In this document: positions 40,346 through 54,554 of the stretch, piece after piece
Numbering within the stretch: position 1 is the stretch's first letter
How the letters are laid out: each line of letters opens with the position of its first letter
DNA from: the human T2T-CHM13v2.0 reference genome, Homo sapiens
Reading direction: 5' to 3' (one strand)
Assembly: GCF_009914755.1 (NCBI RefSeq)
Contig: NC_060930.1
DNA: 64,000 bases
Notes under the pieces: generated by a model
Database searches by the model: none
The model's input: the letters and a program-made list of their open reading frames with translations, nothing else
Told to the model about the DNA's origin: nothing
Translations under genes and position numbers: made by a program

Positions 40346-42027
40346 TATTCAATTGCTATTTCTTGTATGAATTAATACACAAATACGTTAGTTAAAATGT
40401 CATTTTTACCTTCTGAATACTTGTCTAAGACATTCCTAATTTTTATAGTAAACAAATAGGTAAGGTTTATTTATGTTCTAAATCCTGTAGCCAGAAGTAA
40501 TAGCACATATTTGAGAGATCAGAACTTGAAATCCATTTTTAAACATTATTCAGATGACATAGTAATCATCAACCATATTGAAACGAATCTTGCTAAAATT
40601 AACAAAAAACACAGCATTACAGTAAATCCTGTGGAAATGAATATGAATTGTTTTATTTGTATTTGTGCTTGTTGAGGTCATTTTTTAATAGTCTGTAAAA
40701 ACATGATATAAAACAAGACGTGAAGTGTTTCAGTCTTTAATAACCTTACCTAGAAGAATTAAATCATGAAAAAGAATCTACAGTTAGGCCTTATCCCAGC
40801 CTACCTTCTCACAATTATCCCATGTTCCTCCAATCATCCTGGCAAAAATTGAAACAAAAAGTATAAGTAAAAGTCATGTATAAATGTCACAAACATTTGG
40901 AGTGGAGTCAACTATTGCTTATCCTCAGAAGAGAACAATGCCAGGAGTGATGAAATTATATGTAATCTCAAATAAAGGGAATTAAGATCTATAAACATAG
41001 GAGCTACTTTGCTACATTCATGTGGAATACACCATTCTGTAAGCAACACAAAATAACATGCCATTATTATTAAGTGAATGAACAATATATTTTGAGAGCC
41101 TGAAATGCATTTATTATTGTGGATAACATAAAAATTAAAGACTGTTTCATGGCATCCAGGAGTAATTCTGCTAAGATTCAATTTTTGCTCTAGAATACTT
41201 GACTGATTTTATTTCTCCTAAGCCTACTATTAGAATACCGTGTATTAAAAATACCTTCTGTATAAACTATGATCTCTCTATAAATATATGCAAAGTTTAG
41301 AAAAAAAATTTCATGTAATATCTTACTTTACATATAGTTTTGTTCCTAAAGCTGTATATGCCTGTGAGGTTAATTTATCTGCGTAGTTCCTGATGAAACT
41401 AAAAAGTAAATTTGTATTCAAGTTAGAATATTTTAGGGTTTTCTTTGAAAGAAAATGGCATAACCTCCTTCAGCAATTCATCCTTGGAAAAGTTGCCACG
41501 TAAAATATTTAAACATATGTGGGGCTAGACATTTGCTTAAAATTTTGTAATCTCCACAATAAATCCATTTCACCAATGGAAAACCTGAGCCTCAAGTAAA
41601 TTAAATAAGTTGCAGAATACAAATAGAGTAAACTGCTGAACTAGGCTTTAAAACCAAACTGTCTGTCCAACTTGAAGGCTGGGTCTTTCTACTACATCAG
41701 TTGAGCTGTTTACAATGAGAAAGCTTCCTGTGTCAAGCTCAGATTCCCACACTAACTACAAGCTCAGACCCGGGAAGCCAGACATAGAGACTGGTTCAGA
41801 CTGACTTTTAAATTATCTTTACCTTGATCTTATTTTCTGCCATACCTTTTGAAACTTTCTATACCTTTTTGCTCTATTTGTCTTTCCACTCTAATTGATA
41901 AACTACTTCATTTGATCCTTTGTGTTTTTTCCTCTTAAAATGATGAATCCTTGGAGTAGTTTTTAATTAAAAGGCCTCAGCCCCACCCAGAGCCACGTGG
42001 AAAAGTGTTAAGAGTCCCATACTGGTA

Positions 42028-42952
42028 GAGTAGCCTTCCCTTATCTAAGGTTTTACTTTCTGCAATCTTAGTTACATGCAGTCAACCATGGTCTGAAAAT
42101 ATGAAATGGAAAATTCCAGAATAAACAATTCATAAGCTTAAAATTGTGGGCCACTCTGAATAACATGATGAAATCTCATACCATGCTGTTTGAGATGTGA
42201 CTCTTCCCTTTGACCAGCATATCCATGCTGTAGATGCACCCATCCCATTAGTCACTTAATGGTTCTCTCAGTTATGAGATCAACTGTATCTCAGTGCTTG
42301 TGTTTAAGTAACACTTATTTTACTTAATGATGGACCCAAAGCCCAAAAATAGTGAGGTTGGCAACTTGGATACGCCAAAAAGAATCTGCAAAGTGCTTCC
42401 TTTAAGTAAAATGGGGAAAGTTTTCAACTTAAAAAGAAAAAAAATATTGTATGATGACGTTGCTAACATCTATGGTAAGAATATAAAACTCCTATCAATA
42501 GAATTGTGAAGGAAAAAATAAATTCATGCTGGCTTTGCTGTCGTACCTCAAACTACAAAAATCACAGCCACAGCATGTGATAAGCTCTTAGTTAAGATGG
42601 GAAAGACATTAAATTTGTGTGTGGAAGACATGAACAGAAAACATGTTCTGACTGAGGACCATGTGTTGTACCAGAAAGCATTGAACCTGTAAGACTTCAG
42701 CAAGGGATCTCCTGAAACTGGTGACCCCAAGCCGTTACTGCAGGTAAAGGACATTTCACAGATTCAGGAATAGGTTTGGACTCAAACATACAAAAATTAC
42801 TGAAGAGGCTATATGTGTGGATTAAACTTTATTATACATATGTATGTAAAGGATAAAAAGAGTATACATAGGGTTTGGTATAATACTATCGACAGTTTCA
42901 GGCATCCACTGGGGTCTTGGAATACATCTCCTGCAGACAAGGGGGACTACTC
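42028..42952. mobile_element. MER44/Tigger7-family DNA transposon
   Basis: TIRs gagtagccttcccttatc / caagggggactactc flanked by TA. Internal aaatggaaaattccaga…caggcatccactggggtcttggaa. Confidence 0.85.
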
Positions 42953-45879
42953 TAAGTATCCTTTGGGACAATTCTAAATGGGACCTGCATGGCAGACTCC
43001 CTGTTTCCCCAGCCCTCAAACTAAACCCAACTCAATATCTGAATATGTTCCCAATGATCTGGGCCGGACACTTCAGGTAATACTTCATGTTCCATTTTAT
43101 GATGACTTATATTGTTTGTTTTTTAGAAGAGATTTGTAAAATAGTCTGTCTTTTTAAATAGCATGATTATGTACAAAATATTATTTTATTCAACAAATTA
43201 AACCAATGTAGTTCCAGAGACTTTTCTCAGAGTTCTGTATGTCCTGGCTTTTGACTCTGTCTCCAGCCAAGCTCTCAAATTTTTAATGATCCACTTAAAT
43301 CTCTGAGACCTGAAACTTACATCACTGTGCAATTTGTTCTCTTATGTTCAATATGAAAGACATTTCATTTCATAGCTCCCACATTGTATTTTATTTTATA
43401 AACTTCAACAGCATGTCTGCTTTTGAAAACAATTAAAAAAAGCATCAATGTTAAATTCAACTACTAGAAACCAAACTAATCTTGCCTTTTTCATATAGTG
43501 CTAAAACTTTAATTGCCACCTTTTTTTTTGGCCTACCCACTCAAAATATTTAGCTTCTAGGGTTTCTGTCCAGTTGATTGATGAGTGAAGAAGTGAGAAT
43601 TTCAGAGCACTGGCCACATGAAATGACAGGTGAAAAAGGGATTCCAAAGATCAGTAAATGTGAGAAACTCAGTCCAACACAACAGCCATCTTCCAGCCCT
43701 AGTTTAAAGAAGTCCTATATTTGGAGGGCCTGGTTAACAAGGATAACCATGTTTAATCCAGGTGTCCACAAATTTTTGAACCATGAATTCTCCCCTTACC
43801 TCTACCTCCACTACTACTGTTTTAATTTTAATGTAACCCTACTAAACATGTTGAGTAATGCTTTCAGAGAATCTGGTTAGATGTTTCCAAGGTAAAGCTC
43901 TGAGATTGACTCATTTCAATCCCTAATTACATTTTTAAAATAAATTTTTGATTCAATTTTGAATTAATTGAAGAATGCCTAAGATTATGTTTTCTGCTGA
44001 ATTATATTGAAAAAGTTAAATAAGATTAAAAATAAATTTATCGAATACTTATTATTTCCAAACTTTATTCAGAGTACTTCTTCCAGGTATTCTGCGTTCT
44101 AATTTCATATGAATAGTGTTTCTAAATAAAAGTAAATTTGTAAACACTTTTAAGGAATTCATAATAAAGTTAATCTCATGATAAAAACTTCTAAATGTTC
44201 ATTTTTCTATTTCATATGTTGCACAACTCTCTTTTCATACTTATTAAATTCACTTTGTTATATCCTTGTTTCACATTGACATATATAATAAAAGAAAAAG
44301 CATGTTAAAAATAATTTTAAATTATTGTAAGTGACTGTATGGACTATAAACATATACCATTCAACCACAATCCGTGCTGAATTAATTTCACACCTTAGGG
44401 ACACCATTAACTTTCTTGAAATTACTTGTGTAAATTAAAATTCTACTTCTTGCCCAGGTATGGCAAGGTATAATCCAGCAAAAGAATATTTAATAATGAA
44501 AAAGTATTAATGCTAATTTCATGAGAAATGATTAAACATATTCTTACCTCAAAATGTCTAAATGAAGGCTATTTAGACACAACTGCACAAACCCAGCTTA
44601 CAAATATTAACTGCTGCTGGGTATGTGTTGTTCTGGCACACAGCAGTGCCAGAATAATATATAAAGCTTAAAAAGTACAAACCCTTAAACAAACCATATG
44701 TATGAAAGAAAATAGCTTTCACAGATGTCTTATTTTTAGAGTTTTATGTCCCATATTTTGGTGGTACATAATGATGATTGAATTGTTCTTCCAGACCTAG
44801 GCCTCAGTTGAACAATAGAATTTGGAAAGGAACTTCTGTGGGCAGCTTCTTGCTGCCCACTTACAAGAATATGATGCTATAAATGCAAGTGTTCCATAGA
44901 GGTAGATCATCCAATGGAAGGGATTTGATGCTGTCATAAGAAATGCTAGCTACTAGTCACAGTGTACTTAAAATTGGAGCCCTAAATAAGGAGACTCATT
45001 ATCTCACTCAACAAGACTGCTATTATCTTCAGGGTCAGGATCTGAGTCCATACTGAGATTCTACATTAGACAAGGAGAACAGGAAAGACACACTCAATGC
45101 AACGTGACCTAGGTGGTTTGGCTAATTCAGCAAGTAGGTTGCAAGTTTTTGAATAAATGTGTGTAGTTATAAATTATCTCTCAAAGGGGGAAACAACAGT
45201 GTTTTAAAGGAGAATACTGTGCCCTGACTTCATGGCACGTGGGAAGATTGCCATTTCAAAGGATGAGAATTATATAGAGCTGAATCAGTTAAAAAAAATA
45301 ATTAAACACAGGAAGAATTTCCTAACATTGAGGATCTTTCATCAAAGGAATTCTTCACGATTGTATGTAATGCAATCCCTTTTGGAAGCATTTAAGACAA
45401 AATTAAGTTTTCCCTTTTTTTGCATAAGAAGAAAGTCAATAGTGAGAAAAATAGTAGACGAAGAGATGGACAAAATGAACACCCTAGATTCATTACAGTT
45501 CTCGGAAAATCTGACTCCTTACTTCCTCCTAAATACTAAGCACATTTTATTTAAAAAATTATGACTAAAGTATGACATTATCACACCTGACAATTGTCTT
45601 TGTTTTTCTGTATCTAAAAGTAATCTATGTTTGTCTCTATTAGTTGAAAAAAATTCAACCAGTTACAATTCACAGATAAATATTTTAAAGTTTTATAATT
45701 TTTAAAACAATGAATCAATAATTTTGTGTGGCTCCTAGGAAAAATGTTAAATATACTCTTCTTTGAACTTTCAGTATAAACTTTCAGAAGGTTAATCACG
45801 AATCAAATGATTCTTGGCCATCTTATAGGAGAAGTATAAGATGTAATTATGTAAAGAAACTTTCATGATTTATGCTTTA

Positions 45880-46411
45880 ACTGGGTATATACCCAAAGGA
45901 CTATAAATCATGCTGCTATAAAGACACATGCACACGTATGTTTATTGCGGCACTATTCACAATAGCAAAGACTTGGAACCAACCCAAATGACCAACAATG
46001 ATAGACTGAATTAAGAAAATGTGGCACATATACACCATGGAATACTATGCAGCCATAAAAAATGATGAGTTCATGTCCTTTGTAGGGACATGGATGAAAT
46101 TGGAAATCATCATTCTCGGTAAACTATCGCAAGGACAAAAAACCAAACACCGCATGTTCTCACTCATAGATGGGAATTGAACAATGAGAACACATGGACA
46201 CAGGAAGGGGAACATCACACTCTGGGGACTGTGGTGGGGTGGGGGGAGGGGGGAGGGATAGCATTAAGAGATATACCTAATGCTAAATGATGAGTTAATG
46301 GGTGCAGCACACCAGCATGGCACATGTATACATATGTAACTAACCTGCACATTGTGCACATATACCCTAAAACTTAAAGTATAATAATAATAATAAATAT
46401 ATATATATATA
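45880..46411 (+). mobile_element. Young L1PA (about L1PA3) 3' fragment
   Basis: Near-consensus ORF2 end, G-rich 3'UTR tract, and tail (TAA)n(TA)n. Confidence 0.97.
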
Positions 46412-49400
46412 CAAACCTGCTGACCTTGTAATTTTATAATTTCTATTTATAATCATTTTAACCATGAAATTAATAATGGCAACTTACTAAGAATTTCCTT
46501 TTTAAATTAATACTCTCACAAAGAGTGAGCATGTGATTAATGTCATTTCAATAAAGAGAAGCTGATAATCACTTTAGACAAAAATAATAAATTCTGAATG
46601 TCTTATATATTAAAGTACTACTTCATATCTTGAAGAATTTCAATTTTAAAAGGATCCTGGCAAGCCAATAGATATTTCTTTCAATAAATACCATTGATAA
46701 AAGGAAAATAATCACATTTGTCATTGGCTTTTATTTTTCTTTGCCCTCTTAACCTTTTACAATTTAGACAGTTAATAGAAAAATTATCTAGATTTAAAAA
46801 AAGTCACATGAACTGCACATTAAAAAATAAAATCCAAACTGCGGATATTTCATTTTGCATTCGCATATAACCAGTAGTTTGCTGACTCTGCATTTTGTCA
46901 CTGATTTGGCATGGTGTCTTTTCACAATGTGTCCCAGACGTTATGTACAGTTCTGAGCGTGTATTAAAAATGTGTACACATGCATGTGTTGTGTGTGTGT
47001 TTCAGTGAGTGTGTGGGGGGAATTTAACAATAGCCTTCATAACTGTAATAAAAGCTACTATTTGGACTATATGAATGTTTACTATTTTATAAAAATTTTA
47101 ATAGTTTTAGTGTGCTTTTATAAAACGTGTACTGCTTTATGGCCTTTAAAGCTGACAACTGACGACATAAATTTTCTGGATGATTATCAAGTATATGTTG
47201 ATGCAGCTGTTACCATGCAAGACATGCTGAAGCATCTACTGCAGTTTCAACTAGTTGAGCATGGCTCCTTTCCTTAAATAGGTACTAATGGCTTATGACT
47301 TACAATGGTGAATACCTAAAATCAGATTGCCAGTAAAAATAAAATCTTATTTAAACTTTATATAAATTGTTGGGAGGAATAAGGTATTTTCAACTACACA
47401 AATAGCTGCTGAACTCTAATACTGAAAGGCATATTTCTGAAAATGAGAGTGTTTCAGAAAATTCAGGAGTTGTACTCCAAAGGAACAAAATCCACACTGG
47501 AAAACATACATTTGTCTATAATTCTACAGTAAAGTCTCCACTATACTCTACTCATTTTGCTTTACTGTGGGTCACTTCTTGTTCATCAAAGCCTGGAAAA
47601 CTTAAGCCACAGCACGATTAGAAGTTTTCATTTTTCTGATGAGGCAATATTATTTGTCAAACAATGAGTATTAAGAGGGTTTAAGATTTTTATTAGCCCA
47701 GTTACATTAACTATTCCATTTTACAACAGAAAGCTAAGATAATAAAAGGTTACTTCCTACAACTTATATTTGCATCCATCTTTCAACACTAAAAAAACCC
47801 TTCCTATTTGAAGAGCAAGCTACATAAGCAATTTACTTCTTATAGTCACATACTTTTTAACTTCCCAATGAGAATTACTTTAAAGCTTATACTCCACACT
47901 TTAAACACATATTGAAGTAGAATAGGGTCTTCATCTTTCTCTTTATTTTAAAGAAAATTGAGACAACTTATTTATATTCGAATTGAGAAACCAATAGTAT
48001 ATCTCTCCTTTTTGATTGTGGTTTTGTAACTTTTGCCTGAAAAATAAATATCCTTTATTTTATGTCTTTGGAAGTACATTGCCTTGGATTTTAAATTTTT
48101 CTCATATAGTCCTTACATGATATGCATCTATCTTAATTACAAAAGTAATTTCAAATTTTAGAAACTCATGTAGACTTACTATGGAGGACAGGAAAAATAC
48201 AAATAGAAAACAAACTAACAAAATATTTTACTAGGTATAGTCTAACTCTAATTGTTCCCCCAAAACACCTTGATTGAAATTCCAATCATTTCACTAATAT
48301 TTTCAGTCACAATTGACTCACTTATCTTTCTCATTAACTGTTGAATCTTTCCCGCTACCATGAACTTTGCTCACCTCAACTAAGGGAAGTACAGCCTGCA
48401 CCCAAATCCATCCCCAGCTTTCAACCTTCTATTACCAATCGCTATGCACTTTAACTTGTTAAGATGTGTGTTCATCATATCTCCATATTTATAAAATTAA
48501 TAGAAAAAGTAGCTAATGTCTTAGAAACAAATTCTTCCTTAAGAAACAAACACACACAAAAATGCATTATAGGTTTCACAGCACATAGGCCTGGTTATAA
48601 TACTTGAGGCAACTATTGGTCCTGGAAGCAGACAAGCACCAAGGCAGATTTTTCCCTCTCCTCCCTCCCCCATACCTCTCATCACCGCTAGGAGCCTCCT
48701 TTTTCCATTTCTGCTTTCTACTACTCTGTCCTGTCACTGGTTTGCATGTGGCTCCATCCTAGGAACCCCAAAATAGTGAACTCAGTGACAAAATCACATA
48801 ATCTTTCAATACAAGTAACCATGTTTGGTATACCATTTCTAAACTCCTGAGAGAGAAAATTAGGTTTGTGGATCTTGGGTCAGTTTTTATTTTCCATGTC
48901 CTGTAATCAACATCTCTTAGAATGAACAGCTGATAAGTTTCCACAAGAAAAAGGCAAGGCGAGGAGAAAGGGATTGATATCTCTGATACTCCTAAATTTA
49001 TAGAAATCACATATAATAGAAAATAGTAGAGAACTGAAAGTTTATATTTATCTTCTATAAGCAATTTATCAAGTATTTTTAAACAGTGTTCTGCAAGATA
49101 CTATGGAGGTGCTTTGGGATCACCCAGAGGAAGTAGAAAAGTCAGCCATTGAGGGGGAGAAAGAATGGATAAAATGATTTCCCAGAGCAGCTCAATTTTA
49201 TATCTGCTGTATTCTATTGAAGTTCTACATAAAATACTCTTTGAAGAAAAAGTCATGTTTTAAAAAAAATTTGAAAACCACATTAGGTGATTCTTTTCCA
49301 AAAGCTGTTGTGAGTTTATACCAACTTATCAGCACATGTAGGCTGAGATAAGAGGGCTGCATTTGGGTGCTAGAGTGTTAATAAAATAGTTAATAATGCC

Positions 49401-49643
49401 AGATTTGCATGCTAGTTCCTCTGATTTCAATTGCATGACACATTCCACAAGCTAGATACTCACTAATAATCAGCAGTGATGTTAATGAGATGTAACTATA
49501 TAGTGATTACCCTGATTAAACAAAATAGAAATATGATATTCTATGTATATTTTTATAAATGATATAAGAATCTCTAGATAATTTTTGAGTAAGCTTTAAC
49601 AATAAACATTAACAAAACAGAATTTGTGGGATTTCATAAGTAC

Positions 49644-49792
49644 CCTCGTGCTGGAATATTCATGTGTCTTGCAGACTTAACAACCTCCTCAAATTTTCCC
49701 ATACTTTCTTCAATGGAACAGTTAATATTCTTCTTGCTAAAGGATTCAGATGCAGCTCCAAAAACTGATATCTCAGTAGCTCCAGCAGCAAC
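49644..49792 (-). CDS. HMGCLL1: HMGCLL1 internal exon, 149 nt, phase 0-2 ([50 protein letters not shown])
   Basis: ttttcag|GTTGCT...CGAGG|gtactt. FGAASE.F.KKNINCS is characteristic of HMG-CoA lyases. Phase matches the next exon. Confidence 0.96.
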
Positions 49793-50568
49793 CTGAAAAA
49801 TATATAATTTAAAGCCAAATCTAATAACTTCAAAAATGTGAATGACAGTGGTAGAATAAAGATTAACTACTCTATGAAGGCATACATGTATTCTTTAATA
49901 TTTGCCTTAGAATTTAAAATTGGATTCCTCTCATCTTGCCACATATATTCTTTCGAAATGTAAAAATATTTTGTAATAACAGAATAATCCACAAACTGCA
50001 ATATTCATAAGTCTGTGAGGCACAAAAACACAATGAGGATGTTCTATTTAATTATGCCTTTTAAAAATTATGTATTATCTTCAGAAATACTGTAAGCCTA
50101 ATTATGGAAAATACTAGCACCCCAATAAAACCCTTATCCTCCATGAAAAAATATTTCCAAACCAATTATTAAAATGGAAGATACTAACTACTTTGTTTAT
50201 CTTCTCTTCCTACAATCCAACAGAAAAATATTTTTCCAAATCATCATTTAGATTTTGCCCCCAGTTTTTCTTTGGTCTCCTAACCTAGCTTTTATTTTTT
50301 TGTATCCTGACTTCTACAGCCATACTCTTGTGTACCTAATGCTTTGATCTTTTTGTCAGTCTTTAAATGCAAAATATTAATCTAATCAATTTCCTTTTTG
50401 CACTTTTTGTCAACTTTATTCCTTCCTCCAGGCTCTCCAGTGACTTGTTTTCAAATATCAAGCCTCTCAGTCATTCAGCTGGATGTTTAAGACCTTCTGT
50501 TAATGTATTTCTAGCACTTTGCCTACGTTCTCCCCTCTTGCTAATCCCCAATTAACACATGGGGGGGA

Positions 50569-50889
<321 letters not shown>

Positions 50890-52102
50890 CTATCTTTTCA
50901 TCTTTCCTCAAACATTTAAAAAATATTGGCTTTTATGCCTCTATCCAAAATAAATTTTCAATTTCTAAAATAAAAACTCTGTTAGTGAACATCTACTATT
51001 TGTCTGTACTGTTTTTAGTACTATGGATGTGCTTTTTGTCATCTACAAACAACTGTGTAAACTAAGTGTTGTTATGCCAATTTTACAGATGAAACAGCTA
51101 TAGCACAAAAAAGGTAAATCCTTAGCATGATATCACACAGGGAGTAAAAGTTCTGGAGTCATGTTTTGAGCACAGAATTGCTCCAAAGTCAAGATTAGTT
51201 CCACTCCAGTGCTTGCCCCTCTGAGTTAACATGAGAGTGTCCTTTCAGTATCTTCTTCAAGGTAAGATACATTCTTTACTTTGTTAGGATTACTAGATGA
51301 CACCAATATTTATAATTTTTAAATGACTTTTTAAACAACGCAATAAAAATTTTATCAAATCAAACCCAAGAGAAAAATAAATGGTTCTAACAAAATACAT
51401 TATACGATTAATACCCCACAATCTCAACTTTACATAATATAGTTTCATATAATGAATATTTTTCATTAATATTCATTAATACCAGAAATAGCTGCTGCAA
51501 AACCTATGCAATAAGCCCATATACGGATAACACCTTAAAATTGAAGAGGATAGTCTCATATGTATAATTATTAAAGCTTTATTTAAATTATATAAATTTC
51601 TAAATCACAGAGGATCAAAAGAAACAAATCAGAAGATAAATAGGGAAAGTAACTAGAGCCAGATAAAATGACAATTAGCTTTTCACCCAGAGGGAGAAAA
51701 TAACAGACACAAAAAGCTGATCAACAAAGGTTGACAAAAATAATTACCAAATTCAACAATATTAATAACTATAAAAATTGCATTGAAAAATGCTTAAATA
51801 GTATTCTATATTACTTATTTAAGAAGAAGCACAAAATATACTTCTAAGAAATTTCACAAAAAAATGCAGAATTTTACTTTTGTGTTTTGATTTTTGAACG
51901 GTGAAGCTGGAAGAGCCAGGTATATAGACCACTTTAGTCCCCAACAATGCTGTGAGGACTTGGAGCTCTATGTCTTCATGTTAGTACATTAGCATAGTAT
52001 TTGTATTACAGATGAGTTACATATGACACAATTTTAACTTTGTAAATATCTTTAAAACAATAAGAGGCCTATCAATTTTAGAGATATTAGTAGCACACTT
52101 AC

Positions 52103-52198
52103 AGCATGGTGAAAACCCTGAAGATTAGGAGTAAGGACAGGATAGCGAACTCCTGGATATTGATGAATGCCTTTCATTACTTCAGTGTGATCAGCCAT
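52103..52198 (-). CDS. HMGCLL1: HMGCLL1 internal exon, 96 nt, phase 0-0 ([32 protein letters not shown])
   Basis: Minus strand tttaag|ATGGCTGAT...CATGCT|gtaagt. Peptide has the family YPVLTPN motif. Too short for the ORF track. Confidence 0.95.
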
Positions 52199-53975
52199 CT
52201 TAAATACATAATAGTTATATGTAAATGTGTAACTTCGAATATGTTACCGAGAATCATTTTAGTTTCAGGTAGGTTATAGTTACATGGACAGTTAGAGTCT
52301 TTAAATTAATATCTGAAATAAAAAAAAATGCCAGTGAATGTAAAGGAAAGTAGTTCTCAGTCTCATAGACGTATAATAAGTAGAGATAAGCTTAACTGTT
52401 TTACAGAATGGGATCTTGTAAAATGAGTTATTACAGATAGGAATTCGGAACTTTATTATTTTCACTTAACCAATCTTTATTCCCTTCCTTTCATTTCATG
52501 GTCCAAGGCTGAAATACTCCTGAGACTGGGGAAAGTTGGAAAGGCAATATGCTATTCATTTACCATACACATGAAAATTTTATGTCCAAATAATTTTCAG
52601 TGTATGAAATTTTACAATGTTTAGGAAAATGTAAATTACACATATTCTTTAGAACAGTTTAACAAGGCTGAGATCCCAGAATGCTATTTGGTGAGCATTG
52701 GTGCTTTAGTTAGTAATAGTTATAAAGCTTTATGTAACACTATCATAGTATTACCACGTTTTCATATGTGAACAAATTAATACAGTAGAGTTTTCACCTG
52801 AAAAATTTAACCTACCCTGTCAACACTTTGTTTTCTGTATCTCTAAAAAACTCAACTTTGAATTAAAATATCAAATTTACCAGTTTGCCACAAAGTCTAA
52901 GAATTAGCTTCTTAAAACAATAACTATTAATCAGATCCCATAATCATCACACAGAGAAATTACCATTGACATAACCATGAGCCTTACATATTTAAAAATA
53001 ATAAATTGTGGCATGAACAATAAATATGAAGAATAATATATAAGCAGTGGAAAGTATACAAAATGAACATGCAAAAAGCTGTGAAAACATGCCAAACCAA
53101 AACTGGAATCCTCAATATAGAAATGCAGAAAAAGGGCTATTGGGTTTTCTTTATATAACTTGGTTTGCTATCATCAGAATGCATTATTTTTGAATTTAAA
53201 AAATTAAAAGCAAATAAATCCAAACAAAAAATGCTTTTTAAAACATAGTTAAATACATTTGAAAAATATTATAATATTAAATATAAAAATACATGTTACA
53301 ATATTTACTCTTATTGATACATTCATCTTGTCAACTCTCAAATGCCAGCAGAGTTAAATTTAATGCTTTCAATTAGTATAATCTGCATTACTTATATGAG
53401 TTTTTAAATACATATAAATTTGAAATTAAATACCTAAGATGCAAAGAAGTACCTTCCTTTGACTGCCATCATGACTTATTACATTTAAGCTTTCATGTTT
53501 CATTCATAAACACATTTATTTGTGTTTACCAGGTGATCTTTTCTCACTTATTTCTATACTATTGTATCCACTATCCCCTGCCTCACCAATTCCCGTCTTC
53601 TCCAAACAGTATCTACCACATTCATTTACAATGCATAAAAGTGATATCTCTCATTTCATTCTAAATCTATCTGACTTTAATCTAGCTGTTTACTGAGCCC
53701 CTACTATGTCCAAAGCTCTATGCTAGGTCCTGTGGAAAATAAAAATACAGACCTTACTTTCCTGGGGGAAAATGAGGTTATTGTGCTGAAGTAGTTAGTA
53801 GTATAGTTGGGGAGACAAAACAGATACACATGGAATGTTAACAATTCAAAGAAATATACTGGTTGTAAATGAGATCACAGATTATAAGAGTTCAGAATGA
53901 ATAAAGGTTGGTATGGCCTATAAAAGTCTGGGAGAGTTTGACAGAGCACATGGGATACAAGCTGCAGTCCTTCAC

Positions 53976-54554
53976 TGTGGCATTGTTCCAACAAAAAATG
54001 GCCACACCAATATTTCTGGTCCTGTATGTTCTTCCAGGATCTCACCACTTTTCACAAAGAGGTAAACTTTATTTACTCTTTTCCTTGAAGCTGGGTAGAC
54101 TGTGATTCCTCCAACTATTAGAATGTAGTGGAAATCATACTATATGACTTCTGAAGCCAGGTTACAAAAAAGGATACAGCTTCCATATGGCTTTCTCTTT
54201 TGGGGAAAGCCACTGTGGGGAAATCAGCCAACATCCTGTAAGAAAGCCCAAATTAGCCTACGCAAAGAGGCCACATAAGGAGACCCTCTTGGAGAACCCA
54301 TGTGAAGAGGAACTGAGGCTCCCAGCCAATAGTCAGTGTCACCCCCTAAATTTGTGATTGAAGTAGCCTCCAGATGACTTTTGCCTCCAGCATTTGAGTC
54401 ATCCAGTTGAGGCCCTAGACACTGAAGACCAGACACAACCTGTCCCCCATGTCCTGTTCAAATCCTGGCCCACAGAATTAGTGAGCATAGTAAATGTTTA
54501 CTTACGCCACTAAGTTCTCAGGTAATTCATTTTACAGCTATAAAAGCTGCAACA
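53976..54554 (+). mobile_element. MLT1 (G/H-like) solo LTR inserted in an antisense L2 fragment (about 53680-54960)
   Basis: tgtggc…aaatggcc start. End ggcccacagaattagtgagc…gccactaagttctcaggtaattcattttacagc…aaca. Confidence 0.8.

Noticed and set aside
44540-44575. Strong sense donor GAG|GTAAGA suggesting a cryptic exon
   Set aside because: No convincing acceptor at a plausible distance. Isolated donors are expected by chance.
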